Below, in pieces: positions 39,550-49,730 of a DNA stretch of 64,000 bases. The stretch's first letter is position 1. Each line of letters starts with the position of its first letter. Both the position numbers and the translations under genes were made by a program. The DNA is taken from NCBI GenBank assembly GCA_963663385.2, contig CAXXXD010000003.1:1440001-1504000 (forward strand). The letters run 5' to 3'. This DNA comes from Oceanispirochaeta sp. GTDB taxonomy: Bacteria; Spirochaetota; Spirochaetia; DSM-2461. Below the pieces are notes generated by a model, which ran no database searches, had not been told where the DNA came from, and was given only the letters and a program-made list of their open reading frames with translations.

Positions 39550-39579
39550 AAAAAAAGACCCTGTCCGAAGACAAGGTCT
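39550..39579 (-). terminator. Intrinsic terminator downstream of tRNA-Val
   Basis: Minus strand AGACCTTGTC-TTCG-GACAGGGTCT followed by T-run. Confidence 0.8.
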
Positions 39580-39610
39580 AATATTTCTTTACTATAAATG
39601 GCTTTATTTA

Positions 39611-39684
39611 TGGGGAGCGGCGGATTCGAACCGCCGACACCATGCATGTCGAGCATGTACTCTAACCAGCTGAGCTAGCCCCCC
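39611..39684 (-). tRNA. tRNA-Val(GAC), CCA not encoded
   Basis: GGGGGGC/GCTCCCC acceptor stem, TAGCTCAGCTGGTTAGAG D-arm, CATGC-TCGACAT-GCATG anticodon arm, GGTTCGAATCC T-arm, discriminator A. Confidence 0.95.
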
Positions 39685-39696
39685 TTAGGAATCACC

Positions 39697-39724
39697 ATTT
39701 TACAGGTATTCGCTTTTTTGTCAA
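39697..39724 (-). promoter_or_regulatory. sigma70 promoter of tRNA-Val
   Basis: TTGACA-N16-TAAAAT. Confidence 0.7.
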
Positions 39725-39735
39725 TAATATTTGGA

Positions 39736-40170
39736 TTATTTTATTGCGCTAATCACTCTTTCCAGAACTTTTTTTCTGTCCAGGGGTTTTACAATATAGT
39801 TTTTGGCTCCCAGCATAAGAGATTTCTTTACAAGATCCTGTTTTCCCAGGGCACTTACCATTACGACATTGGCATCTTTATCGAATTCAATTATTTTTTC
39901 AAGAGCTGTAACGCCGTCCATCCGGGGCATAGTAATATCCATTGTTACAAGATCAATTTCAGGATAGATTTCCTTGTATTTCTCTACGCCCTCGGCACCA
40001 TCGGCAGCTGTGGCTACAATATCAAATCCCTCGGAAGTGAGAATCTGACTAATCTGCTTGGTAACAAACATGGAATCGTCCACAATTAAAACACGTATAG
40101 CCTTTCCATCGTTTTTCAGGCCTTCGGGCACTCTTTCATTAATTGAAGGAAAATCACTGGTTGTTTTCAT
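39736..40170 (-). CDS. cheY: Chemotaxis response regulator
   Basis: VDDS, MDITMP.MDG, VSALG, KP; follows cheX. Confidence 0.92.
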   Translation of the reverse strand: MKTTSDFPSINERVPEGLKNDGKAIRVLIVDDSMFVTKQISQILTSEGFDIVATAADGAEGVEKYKEIYPEIDLVTMDITMPRMDGVTALEKIIEFDKDANVVMVSALGKQDLVKKSLMLGAKNYIVKPLDRKKVLERVISAIK

Positions 40171-40171
40171 A

Positions 40172-40642
40172 TCAAGCTCCTACTCTCTCTCTTATCGCAA
40201 CGTTTATTTCAACTTTACCATGAGGCAGGCCCAGAGGAACGATCAGCGCTTCAACATTCAGATCAGACACCTGCATATTATCACCTGTAATAATTGCGGG
40301 AGGAGTTAAATCAAACTTAAATCCCAAATCGTGCAGTTTTGTAACAGCCTGAGCTGTTATCATATTTGCCAATTCAGTAATAGTTGCTTTCACCAGCTCA
40401 TCCATTTCGGATAATTCTTCTCCATTCATGGTAGAGGCTACTTTAATTGCTGTATCAAGATTCATATCAATCAGGACGCGCCCTTCAACATCTCCGGCTA
40501 ATCCTACAATGGCTGCCACTCCCATTACAGGCTGAGTGGATTTTTTTAAATACAGTTCTTCTCGGTTTACTTCAGTCTGCAGAACCTCTTTCATAATATT
40601 GAAAGCAGATTCGACAAAAGGATTAATATACTCGACTCTCAT
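40172..40642 (-). CDS. cheX: CheY-P phosphatase CheX
   Basis: EYINPF, ELANM, TPP.II.G. Confidence 0.95.
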   Translation of the reverse strand: MRVEYINPFVESAFNIMKEVLQTEVNREELYLKKSTQPVMGVAAIVGLAGDVEGRVLIDMNLDTAIKVASTMNGEELSEMDELVKATITELANMITAQAVTKLHDLGFKFDLTPPAIITGDNMQVSDLNVEALIVPLGLPHGKVEINVAIRERVGA

Positions 40643-40695
40643 GCAGCTATTCTCCTAATCTTCCCTTAATTATATACTATCAAACTCAGATTTTT

Positions 40696-42018
40696 TTACT
40701 TTTTTTTATATAATTTAAGGCTGTTATTTTCAATAACATCCCAAATATTTTCATTTATCGGCTTTTCGTTTGCTCCCAGCAGCAATAATCCCCCGGGTTT
40801 CATAGATTCGAAAATATGATTCATCAGCTGAATCTGCATTTTTTCATCCATATAACTCAGTGTATCCCGACAGACAACAAAATCCAATGGAGGCAGTGCC
40901 GAATCATGTGCCAGATCGTGATATTCAAAAATAACACTATCCTTTATCACATCATTAAACTGCGTTCCCCGGGCTGAAGTAATCAGGAATGGCTGATAAA
41001 AATCAGGAACCCGTCCCTTGTCAAACAGCAATCCCGGAGCAGAAGATATATTGATAAGATCATTATCGTTACCCTGAACTTTAATAATACTATCAGGATT
41101 CTTTTTTTTCAGCATGGCAGCCAGAGAATAGGTTTCATACCCTCTTGAACAACCGGGATTCCAGGCAAATATATTTCCGGATCTACCCGGCAGCATTTCC
41201 ATCAGGGCATTTACATATTCATCGCCCCACAGCTCTCCCGAATAGGGTGAGAAAAAGCCTCTCAGATAGGCGGTGGCATCATCATTGTTTTCCAGCTGTA
41301 TTTTATCATGCCCCCTCTGCTTCTCCCAGGAATCAAAACGATCCCGGACCCAGTCTCTGTTTACTGGACTGGGATAAAATCCGGCATAAGTCGGCAGAGT
41401 TTCCTCAATAAAACCAATATTCAGGGATTTATCCGAATCCTGTGTTCTAATGGCGCTGGCATCAAACATTGAATCATCCGCCATGGAGACAGCCTGCATT
41501 ATCGGCTCTACTTTCTTTGATTCTACTGAAGTATCCGAACTGAAAATTTTCTCAGCATCCAGAATAATATACAAACTGTTATCGTTCTCGACAACACTGT
41601 CAATATATTTGATGTTTATATCGCCGAATAAAGGATGAGGAGGCTGCTTTCTGGAAGAATCGATACCAATAACCTTTTCAATGGTATCGACCAAAACACC
41701 TATTGTATGATCTTCCAGTCTCAGAATAATCATATTTTCAAAGTTTTTCTGATTGCTCTTCACAGGCAGATTAAAGAAAATCCTTAAATCGATAACGGAT
41801 ATAATATCACCACGCATATTATATACGCCTCTTACAAAGGGAGATGAGTTGGGAACAAAGGTAAATTTTTCCGCTTTATGGATCTCCTTTACCTTCATGA
41901 TATCAATACCATAATCCTTACCGGCCAGAGTAAAGGTTACCATCTTGAAGTCAACTTTCTTGATCTGCTTTTCTTCTATCTCTTGTGAATTAGTCAGGGT
42001 TTCCGGATTCATATTCAT
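40696..42018 (-). CDS. cheW: CheW - CheR-like fusion (spirochaete CheW3 type)
   Basis: N-terminal CheW (YGIDI.KV.EI, GV.N.RG.II.V.DLR); C-terminal CheR-like (W..GCS.GYETYSLA, CRD.L.Y). Confidence 0.92.
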   Translation of the reverse strand: MNMNPETLTNSQEIEEKQIKKVDFKMVTFTLAGKDYGIDIMKVKEIHKAEKFTFVPNSSPFVRGVYNMRGDIISVIDLRIFFNLPVKSNQKNFENMIILRLEDHTIGVLVDTIEKVIGIDSSRKQPPHPLFGDINIKYIDSVVENDNSLYIILDAEKIFSSDTSVESKKVEPIMQAVSMADDSMFDASAIRTQDSDKSLNIGFIEETLPTYAGFYPSPVNRDWVRDRFDSWEKQRGHDKIQLENNDDATAYLRGFFSPYSGELWGDEYVNALMEMLPGRSGNIFAWNPGCSRGYETYSLAAMLKKKNPDSIIKVQGNDNDLINISSAPGLLFDKGRVPDFYQPFLITSARGTQFNDVIKDSVIFEYHDLAHDSALPPLDFVVCRDTLSYMDEKMQIQLMNHIFESMKPGGLLLLGANEKPINENIWDVIENNSLKLYKKK

Positions 42019-42028
42019 TCGTCATTCC

Positions 42029-44413
42029 TTAATAATTTTGAGATCGTCTGAGTCTCGAAGCCTGTTCTTTCTGTATACACAGATCCAACAGCTGACTAAC
42101 ATCAAGAATCAGAGAAACCGTACCGTCTCCCAGGATGGTAGCACCGGCGATTCCCGGAGAGTTGGTATACTTATCTTTCAGGGGTTTAATTACGACGTCC
42201 TCCTCACCGATAAGGGAATCAACCATAACTCCCATCTTTTTATCCCCGCTGCCGACTATAACAACAAAATTATAATCCCCTGCTTCATCTGTCTCCAGCC
42301 GAAACAGCCTGTTGAGCCGTACCAGTGAAATAACATCTTCTCGTACATTGAAAACTTCATGGTTATCAATAATTTTAATATCCTCTGGCTTGATCCTGTG
42401 GCTTTCAATTACACTTGTAATGGGTATGGCATAAACTTCCGTTCCAACCCTCACCAGCAGTCCCTGGATTATTGCCAGAGTCAGAGGCAGTTTTATTATG
42501 AACTTCGTTCCCTTACCCAAACTGGATTGCACAGTAACTGTACCATTCAGCTTTTCAATCTCTTTCCTGACAACATCAAGGCCTACTCCACGGCCGGAAA
42601 TGTTCGTTACTTTTTTAGCTGTGGAAAAACCCGGTTCGAAAATCAGATTATACGCTTCCACATCGGAAAGATTCTTGCTGGGATGGATAATTCCCCTGTC
42701 GATAGCCTTCTTTTTAACAGAATCTATATTAATTCCAGCGCCATCGTCCGCAATCTCAATTACGATCATATTCCCTTCGTTACTGGCCTTAAGAAGGATC
42801 TGTCCCTCTTCTGATTTACCCGCGGCCAGACGATCTTCCGGATTTTCGATACCATGATCAAGGGAGTTTCGAACACAGTGCATCAAAGGATCCAGCAATT
42901 CTTCGATTACAGATTTATCAAGCTCTGTATCTTCCCCTTCAATGGTAAGACGGATCTTTTTATTGAGGGATTTGGAAAGATCCCTTACAAGCCGGGGAAA
43001 ACGGGAGAAAATCTGATTTATCGGAACCATCCTGATCCTGAGAATAGCTTCATGAAGATCCCCAGTGTTTCTGCCGAGGTTTGCTGCAGTACTTTTAAAT
43101 GTTCCTACAGTCTGTTTAAAATTGCTTTCAAAGGCATCGAAGATATTAAACAAATCATCATATTTATCGTTAATCTCTTTTTTTACTTCTTTAACGGAAG
43201 TATTCTGCTGTATATCTTCCAGATAACGGGGTAGATCATCAAAAAGATTTTTCAGTTTCTCCTTGAAGATACTCTCAGTATTCTGCAATTCGGTTTGAAT
43301 GTCCAGAAACTGGGAACTGATCTGATTGAATGTTGCCTTGTTAATAACCGCTTCACTAACAAGGTTCAGCAGGTTATCGATTCTTTTACTGTCAACACGT
43401 AATATTGAACCGCTGGGATCTTTCTGCTTACTCTTCAGGGAAGTCTGGGATCTGGAAATTTCCTTGTTTATGTTCTCATTCTCTTCCGGTTTATATTCGA
43501 CTTCCTTCTCACCCGGCTCGGCGGATGCTGCAGGAGCCGGTTTCTCCACAACCGGTTCAACGATCGTCCTGACGGGTTCCGCCGCGGGCAGGGGAGCAAC
43601 AACCTTTTCTGCTGTGGTTGAAGATTTCTTTTCACCCAGCAGAACGGCCTCAATTGAGGTTGTCACATCTGAAATAAAACTTTCATTTTCAATTTCATCC
43701 GGAGTTATATCTGTGGTTATAAAATAATGGACTTCCGGAAAATATGTATCCTCGTACAATCTGTCAAACTCAGGATCAGTTTTTAAGACCTGCCCCATAG
43801 TCTTCATCTTGGCATAAACCTGAATTCCCCCGACAGAATTCATCGGATTATCCTCATCGAATACAGCTGTTACCTGATAAACGTCTTTTCCGGCGGCAGC
43901 TTCCTTCAATTCCAGGATTTCATACTCAGTTAACCCGGGCTTCTCAACAGCAGATTCTTCAACGGCTGCTTTGTCGGGAACGGCTTTTTTCTCTGCTTCA
44001 GGAGCTGGTGCGGATTTACCGGATATTATCTCCTTCAGCTTACTCTTAAGCTCTGAAATATCGCCATCGAAAATGGAACCGTCCATACGGGTGTTCAGCA
44101 TCTCCTTGATGACATCTATTGAGGCCAGCAGGATATCCACAACATGCTCATTTATCTTGATATTGTCACTGCGGATTTCATCCAGCAGATCCTCTACAAG
44201 ATGAGTGAACTCGGCCAGTTCGGACATCTGTACAGTTGCTGCGCCGCCTTTTAAAGTATGGGCAGCTCTGAAAATCTCGTCGATGGCATCGTGGTCTTCC
44301 GGATTATCCTCTATCGCAAGGATATTCTGTTCCAGAATCTCAACCTGCGAATTCGCCTCGGCAAAAAAATCTTTTAATAACTCTTCATTGTTAGGATCAA
44401 GATAGTCACTCAT
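42029..44413 (-). CDS. cheA: Chemotaxis histidine kinase
   Basis: FRAAHTLKG Hpt, RNSLDHGIE, GFST, SGRGVGLDVV, C-terminal CheW domain. Confidence 0.97.
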   Translation of the reverse strand: MSDYLDPNNEELLKDFFAEANSQVEILEQNILAIEDNPEDHDAIDEIFRAAHTLKGGAATVQMSELAEFTHLVEDLLDEIRSDNIKINEHVVDILLASIDVIKEMLNTRMDGSIFDGDISELKSKLKEIISGKSAPAPEAEKKAVPDKAAVEESAVEKPGLTEYEILELKEAAAGKDVYQVTAVFDEDNPMNSVGGIQVYAKMKTMGQVLKTDPEFDRLYEDTYFPEVHYFITTDITPDEIENESFISDVTTSIEAVLLGEKKSSTTAEKVVAPLPAAEPVRTIVEPVVEKPAPAASAEPGEKEVEYKPEENENINKEISRSQTSLKSKQKDPSGSILRVDSKRIDNLLNLVSEAVINKATFNQISSQFLDIQTELQNTESIFKEKLKNLFDDLPRYLEDIQQNTSVKEVKKEINDKYDDLFNIFDAFESNFKQTVGTFKSTAANLGRNTGDLHEAILRIRMVPINQIFSRFPRLVRDLSKSLNKKIRLTIEGEDTELDKSVIEELLDPLMHCVRNSLDHGIENPEDRLAAGKSEEGQILLKASNEGNMIVIEIADDGAGINIDSVKKKAIDRGIIHPSKNLSDVEAYNLIFEPGFSTAKKVTNISGRGVGLDVVRKEIEKLNGTVTVQSSLGKGTKFIIKLPLTLAIIQGLLVRVGTEVYAIPITSVIESHRIKPEDIKIIDNHEVFNVREDVISLVRLNRLFRLETDEAGDYNFVVIVGSGDKKMGVMVDSLIGEEDVVIKPLKDKYTNSPGIAGATILGDGTVSLILDVSQLLDLCIQKEQASRLRRSQNY

Positions 44414-44635
44414 ACAGGATTACTCTCTTATTCGTTTGTCAGATAAGACTTTCTATTTTTATAATAGTTTAATATCTTATAAAATACAAAAACAAAAATA
44501 ATTATACAATTTAAAAAGTTAAGATGTAAATAAAAAAACATTAAATTGATCTTCCACAGGGTAATCTTATCTGATTCTGCTAAAAGGATCATCTCAATAT
44601 TACGAAAATAGAAGTATCAACCTGGAGAGTTTTTA

Positions 44636-45487
44636 ATGAAGAAAATCAAATACTATCTGTTTCCCCTTCCTTTCCTTATCAATCCATTTGCCCTGAATGC
44701 AATGGAAAGCGGCTTTTCCACATATTACGGATCATACGGATTAAAGGAGTATACTGTTAATAGTTCAGAATATAAGCCCTTTATGCAATGGGGAGGAAAT
44801 GTCTATTACAAAGATTCCAACGAAGATAATTCTATAGACTACAGTTTGGAACTGGATTTGAATCCCTTTCTGAAAAACAGGATTAAATCGGATATCGGTT
44901 TCAACACCTCCTATTTCTCCATTTCCTTCGGGCCTGTCTTCGGCATTACCAATCAATCCTGGACATTAATTAAACCCGGGTTCTCCGGTAATGTAAAAGC
45001 TCAGATACCCGGAAGGATGTTTGCGGAACTGGGAGGAGAACTGATTCCCTACCGGTCACTTCTCCAGGAGGAAGACTACTCCGTCTACTCCGGTTTCTAT
45101 TCACTGGGATTCTATATAAAGAGAGATCATATACTTTGCTACTTTACCCAGATTCGGGATCAGTACTCGGAAATAGATGATGACAGTTATACAAACAATA
45201 AGAACACTTATCTTTTTATAACGGATTTCTTTGAAAAGAACACTTTTTTAAAGGTACAGTCAAGACTGGGATACGAGATTCAGGATCAGATATTAAGTAA
45301 TGAAGATATAATTGAGATAAAAACAATACTGTTCGGTTTGCAGCTGGATTTCTTTTTGAATGGAGGAATCGATGTTTTTGCAGGATTGGATAGCCGCCTG
45401 TTTCCTCTTTCAACCGGATCAAGAGATTTATCTGATATACCGGAATATCTGTTCACATTTACAACCGGTATTAAACTTTACCGATAA
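44636..45487 (+). CDS. Exported aromatic-rich protein, possible outer-membrane beta-barrel
   Basis: Signal-like N-terminus; alternating hydrophobic/aromatic strands; C-terminal FTFTTGIKLY. Confidence 0.65.
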   Translation: MKKIKYYLFPLPFLINPFALNAMESGFSTYYGSYGLKEYTVNSSEYKPFMQWGGNVYYKDSNEDNSIDYSLELDLNPFLKNRIKSDIGFNTSYFSISFGPVFGITNQSWTLIKPGFSGNVKAQIPGRMFAELGGELIPYRSLLQEEDYSVYSGFYSLGFYIKRDHILCYFTQIRDQYSEIDDDSYTNNKNTYLFITDFFEKNTFLKVQSRLGYEIQDQILSNEDIIEIKTILFGLQLDFFLNGGIDVFAGLDSRLFPLSTGSRDLSDIPEYLFTFTTGIKLYR

Positions 45488-45522
45488 TAATCTTAATGCC
45501 TCTATTTTCAATAAGGAAAATG

Positions 45523-45559
45523 AAAAAAGAGACTCCAATACTTAAGGAGTCTCTTTTTT
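45523..45559. terminator. Bidirectional terminator between the OMP-like gene and flaA
   Basis: AAAAAAGAGACTCC-N9-GGAGTCTCTTTTTT. Confidence 0.85.
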
Positions 45560-45610
45560 ATATTAGAGCATACTACGGCTCAATTTTTCTGTTTTTAAGA
45601 GAATCGAAAT

Positions 45611-46594
45611 TTACTCAGCAGGTGCTGGGGTAACTTCTTCTTCCTCATGCATCTTCTGTGTTTCAAGATATCTGAGAACCTGAACATTACCAAGTCTTTT
45701 CAATTCAGCATTTCTTCTGGCTTCTTCTCTGTCAGAAAGGATATTCCATGTAGCTTCATGGTCAATGTCGGAGTTCAGTTCATCAAGAACAGCCTGATCA
45801 TAAACAACAGTAATATCTTTTATGTAAGAGATGAAATCTCCGCCTTCCTGCATGGCATCTCTGTAAATATAGATACCATCAAGAGTCAGGGAAGGAGCAC
45901 TTCTTGGATAAAGGGGAATGCTTTTAAGTTCCCTGTTTCTAACTTCTGAAATATAGTTAGGATTATTCCATTCCAGTTCTCTCCAACCGTCAAAATCAAG
46001 ATAGCTCAGGAAAATAGAATGTTTGTTTTCATTTTCATCTCTGAAAATAAGTCCCATACCCATGGGGAAATTCATTCCGTAAACACGTACACGAACGGAC
46101 TTCAGAACACCAACATTCTTAACAACACCATAACCACTAAACTGATCACCCCTTACCGCATTTTCATCTACACTGCTGGTAGCGTACGCAGGAATAGCAA
46201 AGGGAGGAGCGATGGTTGCATAAGCATTGAAGCTGGCTTCCGGAAAGTGTACTCTCATACCCATCAGCTGATCACCGGCAGTTGCAAAATTGTTAACATC
46301 GTTATTTACGGGAACAGCAAGAACATAAGAGAGAGAATTATTCACTACAGTCTGAGAAGAGGACGTCAACTTTACTTCCCAGTTGGGGACATAAAGAGAA
46401 GTCTGCATTGCTGCTTTTTCTTCTTCAGTATACCGGGTACCGGCAACAGTACTGAAATCCATCAGGGTGGCTTTATTCTCACCCTGGTAGTCGTCTACCA
46501 GATCAGAAAAGTTTATCATAACTGTTTCTTCAGCAAATAAAGAACCAGTCAAAACAAACAAAGCCAAAAACAAGAGAGTGAAGAACCGTTTCAT
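45611..46594 (-). CDS. flaA: Periplasmic flagellar filament sheath protein
   Basis: Signal peptide; GVVKNVG.LKS, L.FDGWREL.W.NPNYISEVRNRE. Confidence 0.93.
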   Translation of the reverse strand: MKRFFTLLFLALFVLTGSLFAEETVMINFSDLVDDYQGENKATLMDFSTVAGTRYTEEEKAAMQTSLYVPNWEVKLTSSSQTVVNNSLSYVLAVPVNNDVNNFATAGDQLMGMRVHFPEASFNAYATIAPPFAIPAYATSSVDENAVRGDQFSGYGVVKNVGVLKSVRVRVYGMNFPMGMGLIFRDENENKHSIFLSYLDFDGWRELEWNNPNYISEVRNRELKSIPLYPRSAPSLTLDGIYIYRDAMQEGGDFISYIKDITVVYDQAVLDELNSDIDHEATWNILSDREEARRNAELKRLGNVQVLRYLETQKMHEEEEVTPAPAE

Positions 46595-46638
46595 TCATAG
46601 CTCCTTTAGGTACAATTCATATTTATTTATAAATCAAA

Positions 46639-46666
46639 ATTATACAGATGCCACTACGTTTGTCAA
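46639..46666 (-). promoter_or_regulatory. Consensus sigma70 promoter of flaA
   Basis: TTGACA-N16-TATAAT. Confidence 0.8.
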
Positions 46667-46683
46667 CGAATTAAAATTTTTTT

Positions 46684-47175
46684 TTAACTATTCTCATTAT
46701 TAAAGTCCTGTTCAATTCTGTAATAAGGGTTTAATGGAAGCTGACCTTCGATAGTGATAACAACTTCATCGAGAAAGGGATAATTGAAAAACATATTTCT
46801 TTCCACATACTCCAGACGCTCCTGAAAAGGCAGGGAATACCCTTTGAAGTCCTCAAAGAAATCCTTTGAAAAGTCCAGATAGACTGTCCTATCACTTAAA
46901 ATCAGTGACTGAAGCTTTGTTCCCAGGGGGACTATATTCTCAAGCTCAAGTTCGGAAGGCCCCAGAAGCAGTTCATTTATGGTATGCTTCATTCTTTCGA
47001 CTTTACCTGTATACCTTCTGATCAACCTCTCTTCGCCATTGAATCCATTTCCATTGTCCAGAGGGAAGAACAGAACCTGATCCAGACGTCCGAATCCCAG
47101 ATTTAAAAAGACTATTCCCGCAATAAAAAATATCCCCATTAAAATTAGAGGCACATACTTAATTATTCTATGCAT
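46684..47175 (-). CDS. Membrane-anchored GerMN-domain protein
   Basis: N-terminal TM; ELLLGP...P.GTKL.......VYLDFS...V.ITIEG GerMN pattern; follows an amidase. Confidence 0.75.
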   Translation of the reverse strand: MHRIIKYVPLILMGIFFIAGIVFLNLGFGRLDQVLFFPLDNGNGFNGEERLIRRYTGKVERMKHTINELLLGPSELELENIVPLGTKLQSLILSDRTVYLDFSKDFFEDFKGYSLPFQERLEYVERNMFFNYPFLDEVVITIEGQLPLNPYYRIEQDFNNENS

Positions 47176-47185
47176 TTAAAAACCT

Positions 47186-48187
47186 TTATTTTTCAAAAAA
47201 ATCAACAAAATCTATAATGCCATTATAGATTCCATCTGTGATATTCTTCAAGTATTGGGGATCTCTGAGTCTTTCAGTTTCTTCCCTGTTTGATATAAAA
47301 CCCGTTTCTACCAGAATCGAAGCCATCATGGCGTTGCGCACAACAAACCAGGATTCTTCTTTGATTCCGCGGTTTAATGTATATTCACCCAGTTTTTCAT
47401 TCAAACCCAGAAGAATGGATTCCGCCAACTCTTTGCTTTCAAGGGTAAATTCCTCTTCCAGCAGGGTATTCAGGATAGGAGCAAGTTCGCCTTCCGTTTC
47501 CGAGTCCAGGATATCCCGTCTGTAATTTTCGGGCAGATACCAGACTTCAAATCCCTCGGCCTTTGAATTGAGACTGGCATTACCATGAATAGAAATATAG
47601 ATAATCCCTTCACCCTTATCCAGACTGAAATCGTTGGCTTGTTTTACCCGGTTCTCCAGAGTCGGGTATATATCAATTTTCCTGGTCATAAGTATCTCTT
47701 TATCCGGATATGTCCTCCGGAGCATCTCTTCAAGCCTCAGACCAATTTCCAATACTAGATTTTTCTCTTTAAGATTCACATTGACACCATCAACAGGAAA
47801 ACTGCTTACCGCACCGGAATCCCGACCGCCATGTCCGGGATCAATGAGAATACCTGCGATCCGGAAAGTTTTGCGGGTGTCGCCCTGTTTCTTAAGCAGA
47901 TAATTTTTAATCAGACCGGCAGCAGTCTGGGAAAAAGTCAATCCCTGAACGGAATACAGAACAGCCCCCTCGGTGAGTACCGTAGCATCATCCAGGATCA
48001 TCAGAGGGTATTCTGTAGAAAAAGTCACGCTCCTGGTTCCCCGGATAAGCATTCCCTTTTTGAGAATGGGTTCCCAGAGCAGGCGGCTCCCCGTTTCTTC
48101 CAGAAGCTGATCTATACTGACGGATTCAGTAAATACAGGGAGAGAAAGAATTAATAGAAACGTGAGACAGACTCTACTGACCTTCAT
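47186..48187 (-). CDS. N-acetylmuramoyl-L-alanine amidase (Amidase_3)
   Basis: IDPGHGG.D.GA, EK, SIH.NA, LVE.GF. Confidence 0.93.
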   Translation of the reverse strand: MKVSRVCLTFLLILSLPVFTESVSIDQLLEETGSRLLWEPILKKGMLIRGTRSVTFSTEYPLMILDDATVLTEGAVLYSVQGLTFSQTAAGLIKNYLLKKQGDTRKTFRIAGILIDPGHGGRDSGAVSSFPVDGVNVNLKEKNLVLEIGLRLEEMLRRTYPDKEILMTRKIDIYPTLENRVKQANDFSLDKGEGIIYISIHGNASLNSKAEGFEVWYLPENYRRDILDSETEGELAPILNTLLEEEFTLESKELAESILLGLNEKLGEYTLNRGIKEESWFVVRNAMMASILVETGFISNREETERLRDPQYLKNITDGIYNGIIDFVDFFEK

Positions 48188-49730
48188 TATGATCAAGGAA
48201 CCATAGAACTCCCTGAATTCCTCCTCTAATCATACTGTACCAGAAATGTCTGGCAAACAGTGTCCATTCACCGTCTTTCTCTACCGAAAGGTTTCTCTTC
48301 GCGGCAATTTCATCCAGGGCTGTATCCAGCCTGATACCATGCCAATCCTTAAGATTCAGCAGAGCAGAATCCGGCAGGGGAAGAGGATGAGCGGCATATT
48401 TCATATTGTAGTCCGGTTTAAATTCATTCAGACCGGAGTGTTCAAGCCAGTCCTGATTTTGAATTGTATAGGCCGAAGGCGGAAACGGAGTATCAAGTGG
48501 CTGTTCAAGAAAAGCCTGAGTGTCCGGATCATCTGATTCCAGAACTATCCGGATTTTACCGACAGCCTCTTCACTGGCTCTTAGGGCATCCTCTCTGGAA
48601 TCTGCGACAGCAATAACATTGCCGCATTTACTGACATTGTTTACGGGAAACTGAACCCGGTCCCCCTCCTCCACAAGAAGAAAAAGGTCTCTGACTCCTT
48701 CTGTATCATGTGCTTCTTCAAGGTTTTCCATACTTTTTATTCTTCCGGGAATTGAGAGGAAAGCTCTCTCCGATGACGTTCTGCTGCTGTATTCGGAAAG
48801 GTCTTCCGGATCCCTGCCCATTGCTATCAGCATTCCCTTTTCGACAAGGGGAACATTTGAAGCATAGGGATAGGTCCAGCCGGACATGTATCCCCCGGAA
48901 AGGCGTGCTGCGATTTCACCAATCATGACTCCCTTTGAAGTCAGTTTAATGTCTCCCTTGGCCGCCCCGTTTTCAATGCCCAGTGCTTTAACGGCCTCTT
49001 TAAAAACACGAACGATCTCGTTTTTCTGATCTTCCCCGAGATTAGTGGGTAGGGTATGCCCCATCTCGATAAAGCAGGGGGGAAAACAGATATGACGGTC
49101 CGCAAAACCGGTAATGACATGATTCCCCTTATAAACAAGGCTGTCCAGACTGAATTCAGGCCCATCCATATACTCTTCAATTATGGCCCGGCCAGTATGT
49201 GAAAAACGGATGGCTTCCTTTACAGCTTCAGGAAGGTCTTCCTTTTCTGAAACTGTAACAACACCCCGGCCGCCCATATTATCCACCGGTTTTACAACCA
49301 GAGGAAAACTCAGGGACGTTGATTCCTCAAGGGGATCCATCCCCTCGGATATTTCCCTGTAAAGGGGACTGGGGATGCCATTCTCATAAAATACTGTCCG
49401 CATCCGGATTTTATCGGTGCAGTCAAGTGCAGTTTTATAGGGGATACCGGGCAAACCCGTCTGTTCAGCAATCCAGGCGACGGAAGCGGAAAAATCCGTT
49501 CCGCAGGTAAAAACACCATCCAATCCGATTCTTTCCTTAAACTCCCCTGCTTTCTCAGCCAGCTGAATCCGGTCTTTCAGATCAATTGGCAGAAAATAAT
49601 CCGCCAGAGGAGCACAGGGGGCGTTTGGATTACCATCAGCCCCGATTGTAGTCCATCCGTTCTTTTTAGCAATCCTGTAGGCCGGGAGCTGCATCATCCC
49701 CGCCCCTAATATCATTATGACTGGTTTCAT
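48174..49730 (-). CDS. ATP-grasp ligase
   Basis: DK..MR, VVKP.D..GGRGV, EEY.DG.EFS, E...RLSGG. Confidence 0.88.
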   Translation of the reverse strand: MKPVIMILGAGMMQLPAYRIAKKNGWTTIGADGNPNAPCAPLADYFLPIDLKDRIQLAEKAGEFKERIGLDGVFTCGTDFSASVAWIAEQTGLPGIPYKTALDCTDKIRMRTVFYENGIPSPLYREISEGMDPLEESTSLSFPLVVKPVDNMGGRGVVTVSEKEDLPEAVKEAIRFSHTGRAIIEEYMDGPEFSLDSLVYKGNHVITGFADRHICFPPCFIEMGHTLPTNLGEDQKNEIVRVFKEAVKALGIENGAAKGDIKLTSKGVMIGEIAARLSGGYMSGWTYPYASNVPLVEKGMLIAMGRDPEDLSEYSSRTSSERAFLSIPGRIKSMENLEEAHDTEGVRDLFLLVEEGDRVQFPVNNVSKCGNVIAVADSREDALRASEEAVGKIRIVLESDDPDTQAFLEQPLDTPFPPSAYTIQNQDWLEHSGLNEFKPDYNMKYAAHPLPLPDSALLNLKDWHGIRLDTALDEIAAKRNLSVEKDGEWTLFARHFWYSMIRGGIQGVLWFLDHNEGQ

